Origin: Octopus vulgaris
Taxonomy: Eukaryota
DNA length: 64,000 bases
NCBI GenBank assembly: GCA_951406725.2
Contig: OX597822.1
Coordinates: 52,886,001-52,950,000, forward strand
Direction of reading: 5' to 3'
Shown here: positions 52,061 through 64,000 of the stretch, piece by piece
How the letters are laid out: each line of letters begins with the position of its first letter
Numbering within the stretch: position 1 is the stretch's first letter
Made by a program: the position numbers and the translations under genes
Notes under the pieces: generated by a model
Database searches by the model: none
Seen by the model: the letters and a program-made list of their open reading frames with translations, nothing else
What the model was told of the DNA's origin: nothing

Positions 52061-52380
52061 ACCTCCGCCAAGGCAACACCAACGTCCTCTCAACGATTAG
52101 CCGGAGATGATTTTGAAAATGAAAATATCTGAAATTAACTCGACTCCTCTCACAAACGAGAATACTAAAAATGAACTCGACCACACTCAAAAATTAAGTA
52201 AAAAATCCGGAAAAATAATTTAGAATCCTTGTCCGGTACCGGATCGATCCCAAAATCTAATCAGTTCGTGTCAGTTATGGGGCCAAATATCTCTGAAAGT
52301 TTCATCCGAATCCATTCAGCGGTTCTTGACATATCTTGTTCAGGGACAAACAAACAAACAAACGCGACTGAACACAATAC
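52061..52380. mobile_element. Helentron/DINE-like non-autonomous fragment
   Basis: ACCTCCGCCAAGG start, AAAGTTTCATCCGAATCCATTCAGCGGTTC core and (CAAA)n block, as in such elements; recognition by resemblance only. Confidence 0.45.
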
Positions 52381-53439
52381 TTTGTATAGAATGTTACTGA
52401 ATGTGTCTGTAGGTAACGTTATTCAAAAGAATAATAACTTCCTATGTATAAGTCATTGATTTTATGCATAATAAATGTACATCTATACAAGATACTATCC
52501 ATGTTCATGAGAACAACTGATATGTCTGTAACAGGTTCTACATAAAATTTATATTAACCTTTATAATGAGTGCGTGTAAGAATGCATCCAGCAGACAGAA
52601 ACGTGAGAAACTGGGTGAGAAAATGTCTCACATTTGTTATGGCTCTTTAAGGTTCTAAATTTAACGTTAAATTTGTCTTTCATCATTTCGAGGTTGATAA
52701 AATAAAATGCAAGTTAAGTATTGGGATTGACTAACTCACATTCCCTCAATGTCATTGACTTTCTGTCTAGATTCGCTTAGTAAACATTGTGTGTGAGTGT
52801 ATGCGTGTGCGCGCGCGCGTTAATTGTTATATATAGGGGGTGTCCATAAATTACTTTTACAATTTGAAAAATTCAGAAAAATCACGAAAAATAAGGATAA
52901 CTCGGCAGAATTTATTGGAAAACATAGGAAACAAATTAAGTCTTATCAGAATCACCAGAACATTTCCACACTGAGTCCATTGGTTGCAAGCAACACATCT
53001 AGCCGATATTATAGGAGGATATCCAACCACGTTTCGTGGTTCGCTACCTCAACAGCTCTTGTAAAATCCAGTGTCTAAAAACACCATCAGAAGGAACCAC
53101 GTCCAGATTCAGCCCCTACTCCTCAACCGTTTTCAACGTGGTGGGGCCCCCACCTTTCGGAGATGTCTTCAACTCTGGTTCTTGAGCGCATTTTTTCTTT
53201 CTCCTTTTTTTATTTGGACTTTCGTTCTTTGGTTTCTTAGATGCAGCGTCAACGAATGTCAGCGGGCGGATGACCATCCTGCCAAATTTCCCTATAAATA
53301 CTCGCCTGTAGGCTCCAGCAGCCAGCACCAGCTAACTGTCACGTGACACTATCTATGCTTCAACTGACCAATGGTGATGAAGGACGCGTAGTTTTGGCGC
53401 GCGCCCGCTATAAACCTACCTTCCAACAGCGTCGTGTTA

Positions 53440-55975
53440 GTTTCAGTTTCAGTTCCAGTAACCAGAGCTGACTAGCTGTCTGGCGATACATGTCTTCGAA
53501 CTAGAAACGCTGCTTAAGTGGCAGCCAGTCTCACTTAGCGACGCTATTTCCCAGTCGGTATGTTATAGCTTTCAAGCAATTTCGGGTCTTTTCGCTTCAG
53601 CCATATATAGAAGCTGGCTTTGTCGACTGCCTTCTGTTTCCTCCTTGTTACTTTCCTCAGCTCTGTGCTCGAAAATGCAAACCTTTTAAATAACGTCGCC
53701 ATTTTCCTTTCAATGAAGCCTCTAGCCCCCACTGCCAGGTGGTAATACTCGACAGTCCGTCCGTTTCCCACACTCTCCGATTAATCTCTCATACCTCTTC
53801 TTCCGTTGCTCAGCATTAGCGATGCTCTCATCCCACGTCACTGTCAGCTCTAGCAAAATTCCAAATTTTCGTTTTGTCTTCCATCGAATTAAGTCCGGTC
53901 TTTTTTGTTGTTTTTATGAGTAGAAATATTAACAGTCTTTCCAAATCCGTGGCCAGCTCCCAGTATCCTTTCCATCTTTCGTCTGTCTCGTATACTTTTT
54001 TTGAAGGCCTGTTCTTATGACCTTTTCCCTCCTTCTGGAAGTACATCCTTCTGCGCTTTTCCACTTTTGGGCACTCAACCCACTTAAATCCCTCGATCTT
54101 CTCCTTGAGTGCTGCGCTTATGACACCAAGGACTTGGTTTGTGACGCCATGTATATCTGCCTAGTGCTAGCCTACAGTTTGACAGAACATGTCTCGCCGT
54201 CGCTTTCTCTCCGCATCTACATTCATCAGTCGTTTGTATATTCCACCGGACTAAATTGGCCGGTGAAGGCAAAAGTCAAAGGTAGACTTGATCAGTAAGG
54301 ATGTCCTTGCTTGTTTCTAAACCCAAAGTTACTTCCATGAGATTCTGCGACTGACCACGCTGACTACATCGCACCAAATGTACATTTCGCCTTTCTATTT
54401 CCTCCTTTCTCATTTCGTGCACCACTGCCTCTTTCATCTCTTTTGCATTGCTCATGCAAAATGGTTTGAAATTGTGCAACCCTAGACCGGCTCTTACTTC
54501 TTGCTTCGCTTCGACTACATCGGCATGCCTTAGCTTTCCGATTGCGCTGTTTACTGTTTCTTCCGCTTTCCATTACCTCTCTCTTCGTACCTTTATGGGG
54601 TTTTTATCGGATGTTCTGATTTTTCGAATACCTGAGCATCATTACTGTCCTTGCCTTTCCTGCTTTATATTCTATTTTTTTTTTCTCTTTTCTACTCCAG
54701 GCACAAAGCCCGAAATTTGTGGAGAGGGGCCGGTCGATTAGATCGACCCCAGGACGTAACTGGTATTTAATTTATCGACCCCCTAAAGGATGAAAGGCAA
54801 AGTCGACCTCGGCAGAATTTGAACTCAGAATATAAAGGCAGACGAAATACTGCTAAGTATTTCGCTCAGTGTGCTAAAGTTTCTGCCAGCTCGCCGTCTT
54901 TTTCCTACCTTTCATTCTTCGACGATTGATGTTATCGGTAGTTTCAGCACAGGTTTTCCATATAGTGTAGTTGTATTCAGTGGGTTTTGAAGGACCAACC
55001 CGTTTTCTGATGAACGTCTGCATCTTTGTTCCATCCTTTCTACTCTACTCGAGGCTATTTCGTACATTTGCAATGACCACATTATCCTTGGGTACAGTCC
55101 AAATTGCAGTATCCAGCATTTGAATTTCCCCAGTAATGTTGTTCTCTCAATTGCTTTTAGTCCCTGTTCCACTAAATCTCGTGTTTCTTTGCTTTGCTTT
55201 TTATCATTTAATAAATCTCTGTATCATCTGCCGAGACTCTTTACTGGTTGTTCTTTCACCGTTGGTATATCTTAACCTCCTATCCTGAATTTCACTTCTT
55301 TTTGAACTCCTTTCACGAAAGCCACGCTTCGAGATTTTATGACTTTGAATTTCATTCTCGCCTATCCTGTTATTTCGTCCAACCGCCCTAATGTTCCATC
55401 TGCTGCTTCTCTACATTCTGATGATACAATAACGTCGTCTATAAAATCCCTTAATGGTGTCTTTCTAACAGATTTCTCATAGTTTTTTATCTTAGTAACA
55501 TCTCCATGACTTGCACAAATAAGATGACTGATATCGTGCATCTAGCTGCAATACTTACTTCTAGCCGTTGTCACTCCATTGTGAACTTTCCTGCTATAAA
55601 TCTCACCCTCAGTTTATCGTAGTAACACATCAGCATTCGTTGAACATCTTCTGGAATCCAAAAGAAGTCCATAGCTGCTTGAATTAGTGCGTGTGGAACA
55701 GATCTATATGCATTGGCAAGATCTAGCCATACAACGTACAGGATTTTCTTAAGTTGTTTTGTACAGTTGATAGCTTCCCAGATGGCAAATGCATGTTCTA
55801 TGCATCCATGGATTCGAGGGATCCCTGCCTTCTGGATTGCTTAATTAACATATCCGTTATGCTGTACGAATCTGGCAATCATTCCAAACATGATCTTCTC
55901 ATCGATATTTAGCAGTGAAATGAGCCTGAATTGCCCTAGTGTTTTTGCTTCCCTCTCTTTCGGTAAATATATACA
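53440..55975 (-). mobile_element. HERO-like (R2 group) non-LTR retrotransposon, degenerate, 5'-truncated
   Basis: IQKAGIP..GCIEH, VVWLDLANAYRSVPH, FIDD, RMKFK..KSRS, PTVKEQPVKSLGR, GKFKCWILQFGLYPRIMW.L..YEI, LPSPANL..W, CRC..HVLSNC..RYTWRH, VGARGF; (ACTGAA)n-like tail. Confidence 0.85.
54685..54897 (-). mobile_element. SINE family A nested in the HERO-like element
   Basis: Full head and body interrupt the ORF. Confidence 0.88.
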
Positions 55976-57699
55976 CTTCTATACTGAGTTCATTGATTGC
56001 AAGCAACACATCCAGCCGATACTATGCAATAAATTGTGGAAGTTGTAAAGATAATTTATGAACAAACCGTATATTTGTGAGAATTCGTTGTTCTGTGTGG
56101 CGTAGATTCGTTTCACAATATCCGATTAGTGTTTTTTTTTTTAATATTCTCTATCTTTTTTTTCTCCTATCTTTATTCGTCTTGTACACAAACTCTTCTT
56201 GTTTTTTGGGGTTTTTTTTTAACTTCTTTTAACTTCGGTAAAATGCTTAGCGGCATTTCATCTGGCTCAAAACGTTCTGAGTTCAAATCTTACCGAAGTA
56301 ATAAAAAAAACCAATTACTCTTTCATCTATTCGGGACCGATCCAAGTACATGGGCTGATGTAATCGAGTTGCTCTCTCCCCTAAAAAAAGAAATTGCTGA
56401 GCCAAACATTATGAAACAATTTTTTAGCCTTTATTTATTATTTTTTTTTAATATTCTTTTTTTTTAATATTCGGCTAAAAACTCCCTAATATTTCAGTTG
56501 GCTACTCACATAGACAAAAAACTGTGACTGGTGAAAACTTCAGTCTTCCGGTTTCAAATGATATATAAGAGACATTCTTTTGTTGTTTCAGTTGTAATCT
56601 TTTAACAAACAATAAAATGATAGCAAACACTGGTGGCACAGAAACATCTGAAAAACTGAAATTCAAGTTTATGACGTTTACGACAAAAAATGATAAACAG
56701 AAATGACAAAGGATTTCTTCATAGGAAAAGGTGGGCGATTGTTGAAGCTGAAAATCTGTGTTACAAATAAAAGTTGAAAAATAACAAAAAAAAAACCCAA
56801 AAAACAAGAAGAGTTTGTGTACAAGACGAATAAAGATAGGAGAAAAATGAAAAACAAAATAACAAATAAAGGCTAAAAAATTGTTTCATAATGTTTGGCT
56901 CAGCAATTTCTTTTTTAGGGGAGAGAGCAACTCGATTACATCAGCCCATGTACTTGGATCGGTCCCGAATAGATGAAAGAGAAATGGGTTTTTTTATTAC
57001 CTCGGTAAGATTTGAACTCAGAATGTTTTGATCCGGAAGAAATGCCGCTAAGCATTTTTACCGAAGTTAAAAGAAGTGTAAAACTCTAACCTCCTCCAGC
57101 TACTTCGTGAAGGCCTCATGGAAGTCCCCCAAAGTGAAGTTTCTCCGGACCCTAGTCACAGCCTACTTCGTCATCTCAATGTCTTCAAAACAACTTCCCC
57201 TGAGAAACCCCAAATTCGGAGAGAGCAAGGTTTGGACTCGCTTGAGACTTCACCAACCAATTATTGTCCTTCGTTTGTAACACTTCACACATGGTATACT
57301 TAATGATATATATCTAGGAGAATGTTATCAACTTTTAGATATAAAATTGATTTGTAGTCAAAACTTCTGACTGCACTATAGTTGAAAATAATCTACCATA
57401 TTGTGTACTATTGCGCGCTATGGGTAGAAATAATGTACCATATTGTGTACTATACCTGGCCTTACAAGTAAATACCGTTTTATATTTTAAAAATTATATT
57501 TAATTTAAAATAAAAATAAATGCGCCCTTTTAAAGCCTAGCCAGGGTCATGTATGAACCGAGCATCTGTTTGTCCCTGACAGAAGTGGTCCAAGGACACG
57601 GTCGAAAGTGGGTGATACAAAGTGAGGTGTGGGAGGGAGAGGAATGTCAGAATATCAGACAATTCGTAATTATCTGTCTTCAAAAACAATAAGCATACA

Positions 57700-58245
57700 G
57701 TTTGGAGCTGGTTTGGCAACTGCACACAGAATTATTCATGAAGATCTGAATTTTTAATGATTTAAAGTTTGTTCCCAGGGTACTCAGTGACGAACAGAAG
57801 GAAAAACGCGATGGTAACAGCAAATCCTAAAAAAGTAATTAAGAAACTGGTCGCCTGTGGTGAAAGCTGAATCTACTGTTATGATTCAGAGACAAAAAGA
57901 CAGTGCTCAATGGAAGCATCCTCGAACTCCAGATCCAAGAAGGCCTAGCAGAGCATGTTCACCGGGAAACTTACGATGATCCCCACTTTTCGACATCATC
58001 TATATCCACTGGTTTCTCTGTGATGAGACGGTCAACGATAACTATCCTGGGAAGATTTAGAGGGAGTTCAGGGAAGTGTTTTGTTGCAAAGGCCAGATCT
58101 CTTCCACTTGTGCAAGTGGCAATGCGCCAATCCACAATTCCATCCTGGTAAAACCAACTACATGACAGAAATGGCATCAAAACTGTCCCTCACCCGCCCT
58201 ACAAGCCAGATATTGCTCCTCGCTAATTTTGGTCGTTCCCCAAAC
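57700..58245 (+). mobile_element. mariner transposase remnant
   Basis: KFVPRVLSDEQKEKR, GES*IYCYDSETKRQ, HPPYKPDIAP. Confidence 0.75.
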
Positions 58246-58269
58246 CGAAGTCCAATCCCAGTGACAGTT

Positions 58270-59560
58270 ACTTTGAAGATGCAACAGATATTCTGAGTAA
58301 CATGGTATTGTGTTTTAGGCCCAGTGATGATAGTAACGCTGTTTGTGTAAGAGCAGGTACTACATCGTCGGAGAGTGCATTTAAAAGTTGAGTTGGGTTG
58401 GGTGTTGTGAAGCTTCTTACTAGAGGATAGGTTCTTATCTTTTTTAAAGGCGAGAGGTGGTGCGGGAAAGACTGGAGTGGTTGTCGGATCACACAGTAAA
58501 ATACGGAGGGTGTGAATGAATTTATCTTTCAATGGGATGATGAACAGGTGGAATATAGTCCGTAGACGTGCGTAAAGAAAGTTAGAGAACGGTAGTGAGG
58601 TAGAAGGCCTGGATTCGGCGGAGAGCCGGGACCACAACTGATCGATGGCACCTCCTATTCAGGAAAAATAGTGGCATTGTTTGACATTGGGATTCAAAAT
58701 GTGAACTAGCACTACAGAGTTGGCGAAGGTCAAGGAATTTAGAGAAAGGTTTGGCAGATTTAGTGTGTTTGGAGTGAGAAGAAGAGTAGTGGAGTTAAAA
58801 GTGGTAGACAGCTGATTTGTAGTGGACAGAGGTAGATAGGAAGATATTGTTATGTTGATGGAGATATCAAGAAAACTAACAGAATTATCGAATACGGTGG
58901 AGATAAATTTCAATGCAGGGTTGAAATTAACGAAGGGAATAAAATTGCTGAGCTTTGATCGAGTAAGGATGATAGCGTCTACTTAGTCATTAACGATCAT
59001 CGAGCTCTGGGATAGGTCCGGTGAATTGAGCAAAGATTTTCTCTTCAATATGGCCTACAAAGAGGGTGGCATAATCGGGACTCATCCTAGTTCCCATAGT
59101 AACACGGCTGAATTGTTTATAAAATTCCCTAAAGAAAGAAAAGCAATGAAGGTATAGGACTGGCTACGCTAGGCGGAGAAGTGTAGTAGCACTAAATTCG
59201 AGTAGGGAGTGACAGTCTAAGGATTGATAGAGGGCTACTAAGCCGTTGTTATGGAGGATTACGGTGTGCAATGATTTGATATCTATGGTGAAACGGTGCT
59301 TGGGCTCTCTAGAGGGAAAAGAGAACGCGTTGAAGAGATTTAGGAAATCGTTGACGTGTTAGTATGGGAGGGTAGGGCAGCGACAATAGGAGATTATAGT
59401 TTGTCCAAGTACGATAATAGAAGTGTCGTGGTGCAGTTTCAGGATGAGACAACTGTTCGACTAAGAATGCGTGGTTTGTGAATTTTGGGAACAAAGCAGA
59501 TAGTTGAGGTTCGGAGGGTGGTGATGATGAGGTTAGTGACAGTGAAGGGAGCCGGAAGAG
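58270..59560 (-). mobile_element. Penelope-like element RT fragment, degenerate
   Basis: VPKIHKP..RTVVS, FTIDIKSLHT, FYKQ..VTMGTRMSP.YATLFVG.IE, ALKF..SVSFLDISI, CSTC. Confidence 0.85.
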
Positions 59561-59674
59561 ATAAAAACAAATGGTGGAGACTTGTTTCTAGTTGTGGTTT
59601 GTAAGATTGTTTGGTTTTGAAATGAGCATTATTCAGTTGGCGTGGTGATTCTTGTATGTACATGCCAGGCCACC

Positions 59675-59676
<2 letters not shown>

Positions 59677-59755
<79 letters not shown>

Positions 59756-60330
59756 CGTGCGTGTGTGCAAACGCTTGGGCCTGTGTGTGCGTCTGGGAAC
59801 GCATGTGTGTGTATACAAGTAACCTAGTGAGTACGTTGTGTGGAGTGATGTGCGTTTTGTGTATTTGTGTGTGTGTGTGGGCGTATTCACGTGTGTATAT
59901 ATGTGTGCGTGAGTCTCTGTATAGTATGTGTGTAAAGCTATCGTGTATGTCTATGTATAAGTAACCTAGTGCGTGCGTCGGGTGGAGTGATGTGAATTTC
60001 GAACAGGGTGCAGGGGTTATCGTATAATAACGTGGTGTGTGGTGAGAATTTTGGAAAGTATGTGTGGGAGAATGCATAGTGGTGCGTGGTGTGGGTATTG
60101 GGAAGTGTTGGGTGCTAGTGTTTATAGAGTGGGTAGGGGTGTGTGTGTGTACATGTTTGTGTAAATGTGTGTGGGTGTTGCGTAATGGTGTGTGGTGAGT
60201 ACTGAGTTGAACAGTGTGTATTAGTGTTTGTATAGTGGTGTGTGCTGAGGGTACTGAGTTAAGCAGTGCACATGTGTGGGTGTAGGGGAGGGGCAGTTAA
60301 GGGTAGGATGTGTGTAGGAATATGTGTGGG
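59677..60330. repeat. (GT)n and GT-rich low-complexity tract
   Basis: Direct inspection. Confidence 0.9.
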
Positions 60331-60414
60331 GTTAGATGAAGAGAGGTAGCGAATTAAGGTCATAAGGAGCAAAAGAATGAAGGGAAAAGATTAATTCCTG
60401 TTCACGGCGGAGAC

Positions 60415-60690
60415 AGTAGTCTGGGTGGCCCCTGTGCAAGCGTCGCCCCGTTTAACCAACATACAGGGAAGGACAGATAGAGCAGTAGATGACATCGCTT
60501 GAGGTGCAGGTAAAAAAGTCGGTTGTGTGAGAGGGACACTGGTGGGTGCCGGTAAGGGTAGTGGTGTTGGAGAGGTAAGGGCAGGTGCCACAGTGTGGGT
60601 GAGAGATGGGGAAGGAGCCAGGCAAGGTGCCAGGAGTAGAGAAGAAACTGCGGACCAGTAGGTCACGCAGATTATTGGCGCATTTGCACG
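60415..60690 (-). mobile_element. Penelope-like GIY-YIG fragment
   Basis: NNLRDLLVRS..CGTCPY..FTCTSSDVIYC.ICPSLYVG*TGRRL. Confidence 0.8.
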
Positions 60691-60842
60691 CACGCACGTA
60701 TGTATATATATATATATGTATGCATGTGTGTGTGAGTATGTGTGTGGGGGCGGTTTTTGTAAATTGATAGGTGTAGGGAAAGAAGAAGGTAAATCCGAAC
60801 TATATATATATGTGTGTGTATGTGTGTGTGTGTGTGTTTTTC

Positions 60843-61108
60843 TCGCCCTTTTGAAGCCTAACCAGGCTCATGGGCCCGGTTTACCGGTTTCTATGGTGTA
60901 TGTGTTCCCCGCCCCCAGCTGGACGGGACGCCAGTCCATCGCGGCGTTACTCAAGAAACAGGAAGAAAGAGTGAAAAAAAGTTGGGGCCTCGTGGAGCAT
61001 TAGGTGTTTTCGCTCAATAAACACACACAACGCCCGGTCTGGGAATTTAAACTGCGATCCTCCGACCGCGAGTCCGCTGCCATAACCACTGGGCCATTGC
61101 GCCTCCAC
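60843..61108 (-). mobile_element. SINE family B
   Basis: Same head as 10386-10489. Confidence 0.8.
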
Positions 61109-61125
61109 TTATATATATATATATG

Positions 61126-61198
<73 letters not shown>

Positions 61199-61396
61199 TT
61201 GTTGAAATAGAAAGATGAATTTTCTTGTTACAGATTATTCAAAAGTTTAACCGATACCTGGGTAGCAAAAATCACAGCAGAAAAAAAAGCACGGTTGGAG
61301 ATAAGACCATTTGGTGTTGCAACCGTGCGTTGGTGCGATAATTGAAGTTTAATATTATTAGCGAATGGAAGAAATGGAGTTGAACGAAGATTGTAC

Positions 61397-61508
61397 AGAA
61401 TTCCTTTTATTACATTCTACACATGTTTCAAAGGCCACAAATTTCCAAATTCTGATTAAATAAGGGTACCATATTGTGGCTTTCTCTTCAGGAAAAAACA
61501 GGAATTCC
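61397..61508 (-). ncRNA. Type I hammerhead ribozyme (mirror arm)
   Basis: Reverse complement of 61533-61644. Confidence 0.72.
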
Positions 61509-61532
61509 GTTGTTTTGTTTTGTTCTGTCAAC

Positions 61533-61644
61533 GGAATTCCTGTTTTTTCCTGAAGAGAAAGCCACAATATGGTACCCTTATTTAATCAGAATTTGGAAAT
61601 TTGTGGCCTTTGAAACATGTGTAGAATGTAATAAAAGGAATTCT
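61533..61644 (+). ncRNA. Type I hammerhead ribozyme with extended helices I and II
   Basis: GAATTCCT..TTC-CTGAAGA-GAAAGCCACAA[loop]TTGTGGCCTTT-GAAA-C-atgt-G-TA-GAA..AGGAATTC; predicted cleavage after 61623. Confidence 0.75.
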
Positions 61645-62063
61645 GTACAATCTTCGTTCAACTCCATTTCTTCCATTCACTTATATATATATATATATAT
61701 ATCATTGCTATTTTGTTAAACTGTCATATGTCCAAATTTGGCCAAATGTGTTTTTTTCAACATTTATTTTTGCTTTCAATAGCCGGTTCTTTTGGTCAAA
61801 CTATCATATCTCCAGCCACTTCAGACACCAAAAGTGTAGTACAACGATTTTGCCATTTTTTCGTTTTCTGGAAAAGCAACGTTTTGGACTTACGACACTT
61901 TTGCATAATAGCAACGAATTATGTTTCCAAGCCAATATGAACATGTGTTACGTGACTCAAAGGTACAACATATATATTCCCTTTACCATTTCTTCCTGTA
62001 TACGAAAATCTTTTCAGGTCACATTACCTTATTACAATATACACGCGCGCTCACACACATTTA

Positions 62064-63354
62064 TTGGGTTGGCAACTAAGTTCCCGCAGTTTTTTGAAAT
62101 TTTGGAATCTATTGCGTTTTAAATTTTGGAATCTATTTTCTTCGAGAATCCTATTTTGAATCATTTTTGAATCTATTTTGTTTCTTTTCTAGTTAATTTT
62201 AGTTAATTTTTGTTTATTTTCAGATCATCAAAATGGCATGTCAAGTTAAGAAAAATGAGCATTTTCGACACCTCCTTTTTGCTTTTAATCAAGGTTCTAT
62301 GACCGCAAAAGCTGCTCGCGACACTTGTGCTGTGTATGGAGAGGGTGCCATAGCTGAAAGAACCGCACGTGATTGGTATGCCAAGTTCCAAAATGGAAAT
62401 TTTGACCTCAAAGACGCATTCCGTTCGGCCGTCCAGCTGAGTTCGATGAAGAGCAATTAAACCAAATTTTGCACGAAAATTCTCGTCAAACGACAAAGGA
62501 ACTAGCAGAGAAGATGGAATGCTCCCACACTACTATAGAGAAGCATCTTCACTCGATGGGAAAGGTTCAGAAGTATGGAGCATGAGTTCCGCATGCTTTA
62601 AGTATCAACAACAAAAATCAACGAGCCACAATCTCTATTGGTTTGCTTGTTCGTCACTACTCAACTTATGGACACAAACAACGATTTCTTTACCGCATCG
62701 CTACTGGTGGCGAAAAATGGTGCCTGTACATCAATATGAAGCAGCGTAAGGAATGACTTAGCCCCGGTAAACAAGCGACACCGCGTGTGAAACAAGATTT
62801 TCAACTGCGTAAAAACGATGATGTGTGTATGGTAGGACTGGGAAGGAATTCTCCATTACGAATTGCCTGAACGGAACCAAACAGTCAACGCGGAACTCTA
62901 TGTTTAACAGATGGAACGACTCAACACGGCTATTCAAGAGAAAAAGACCTAATCGGCAGAATGGAGTTCTTCTACTGCATGACAACACCCCACCCGCCCT
63001 CATATCGCCATATGACCAAGGAAGCCATTCAAACGCATGGCTGGGAAGGGCTGCCACACCCGCAGTACTCTCCTAATTTGGCACCAACGGATTTCCACCT
63101 CTTTTGATCTCTTTCAAATGCTATGCACTGTTTCGTTCAATACTGATGCAGAATTGAGAGCTTGGTTGGATCAATTTTTCGAGTCGAAATCGGGTGATTT
63201 CTACCAACGATGTATTGAAAATGTTGTTGAACGTTGGGAAGAAGTTGTAAACAAGAAGGGTGAATACATTATTGATTAATTAGTTATTTTTTTATTAAAC
63301 CTTTTACAAAATTTAAATTTAAAAAAAACAGCGGGAACTTAGTTGCCAACCTAA
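62064..63354 (+). mobile_element. mariner (DD34D) transposon, full length, pseudogenised transposase 62233-63279
   Basis: TA-flanked TIRs TTGGGTTGGCAACTAAGTTCCCGC / GCGGGAACTTAGTTGCCAACCTAA. Motifs *VPHAL, IATGGEKW, LLHDN, YSPNLAPTDFHLF. Confidence 0.95.
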
Positions 63355-63647
63355 TATATTATATGTAAAATCATTGGGACTTAGTGATATCTGGTTTGGG
63401 CCCTAGGTACACAATTATCATGCCAGGGGTGGGTTGGGTTTTCAGCCAAATAAATCATAACCAGGAAATGGAGTAAGCCTGGGGTGCATTGTTTATTGAG
63501 TTGGGACACAATTGTACCAACATTTTGTTATCAACTTTTCCAAAAAGTGTGATTGGTCTTGTACAAGCCTTCGTCCTACATCGGGCTGTTGGACCTTTAT
63601 ACGTCGAAATCTACGTGAGAGTCACTATATATATATATATATATATA

Positions 63648-63995
63648 TCTATATATAAACGGCAGTTTGTCTGTGCGTTTTCTGTGTGTCTGTTTGCTCG
63701 TACCCTCACCCTGACCACGGCTTTCAACCGATTCTGATGAAACTTGACACACACATAGCCCAATGTCATAATTCAAAAATAACGCAGCGAAAATTTTGAA
63801 AAGTTCCCCAGTTCTGAAAAAATCGATAAATTCGACATGGGGTCGAGAATCAGAAACACAAACCGCAAACTGTCTAGGGGACGCAACTCCACCTTTTTTA
63901 ACTAAAAAAAAATTTACCATCATTTTTTTTCCATTTTTTTGCTATTTTTTGGCTATAACTCTCTAAAAATGCTTTATAGTTATTTCCCTTACAAA
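63648..63995 (+). mobile_element. Non-autonomous Helitron (3' hairpin missing)
   Basis: A|TCTATATATAAA 5' end after (TA)n; 3' part GGCTATAACTCTCTAAAAATGC..GTTATTTCCCTTACAAA shared with 46155-46200. Confidence 0.7.
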
Positions 63996-64000
63996 GTGTA

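Larger units (their letters stand above)
52836..56069. mobile_element. Tc1/mariner-type non-autonomous element split by nested insertions
   Basis: TA-flanked imperfect TIRs: GGGGGTGTCCATAAATTACTTTTACAA vs rc CGGTTTGTTCATAAATTATCTTTACAA. Confidence 0.6.

Noticed and set aside
61358-61719. Duplicate ORFs MWLSLQEKTGIP on both strands
   Set aside because: A by-product of the perfect palindrome.
63734-63745. CTGATGAAAC as a hammerhead core
   Set aside because: No helix II; it is part of a Helitron internal motif.

Overview
AT-rich eukaryotic (animal) genomic DNA made almost entirely of microsatellites and transposon debris. I found no host protein-coding gene, rRNA, bona fide tRNA or CRISPR array. 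The SINE and microsatellite mix looks like a coleoid cephalopod (Octopus-like) genome; that is an inference. Retroelements: several R4/Dong-clade non-LTR pieces (three 3' ends stacked in one (TAA)n array, another family tied to (TACA)n), CRE, HERO, RTE and L1/Tx1 fragments, a nearly intact 5'-truncated CR1 ORF2, degenerate Penelope-like (RT + GIY-YIG) elements and four tRNA-headed SINE families. DNA transposons: a full-length IR/DR Tc1 (DD34E), two DD37D/maT copies, several mariners, Helitron pieces, and a MITE carrying telomeric repeats. The most notable signal is about 12 hammerhead-ribozyme motifs from several sequence families. They show compensatory base changes and core variants (U3-A8, C4), sit in short non-coding elements next to (TA)n tracts, and repeatedly occur in fold-back inversions, some of which break at ribozyme helices. 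A second candidate is a ~555-bp non-coding element with fixed ends found three times inside trinucleotide microsatellite arrays. Family names come from manual motif recognition, not database searches.
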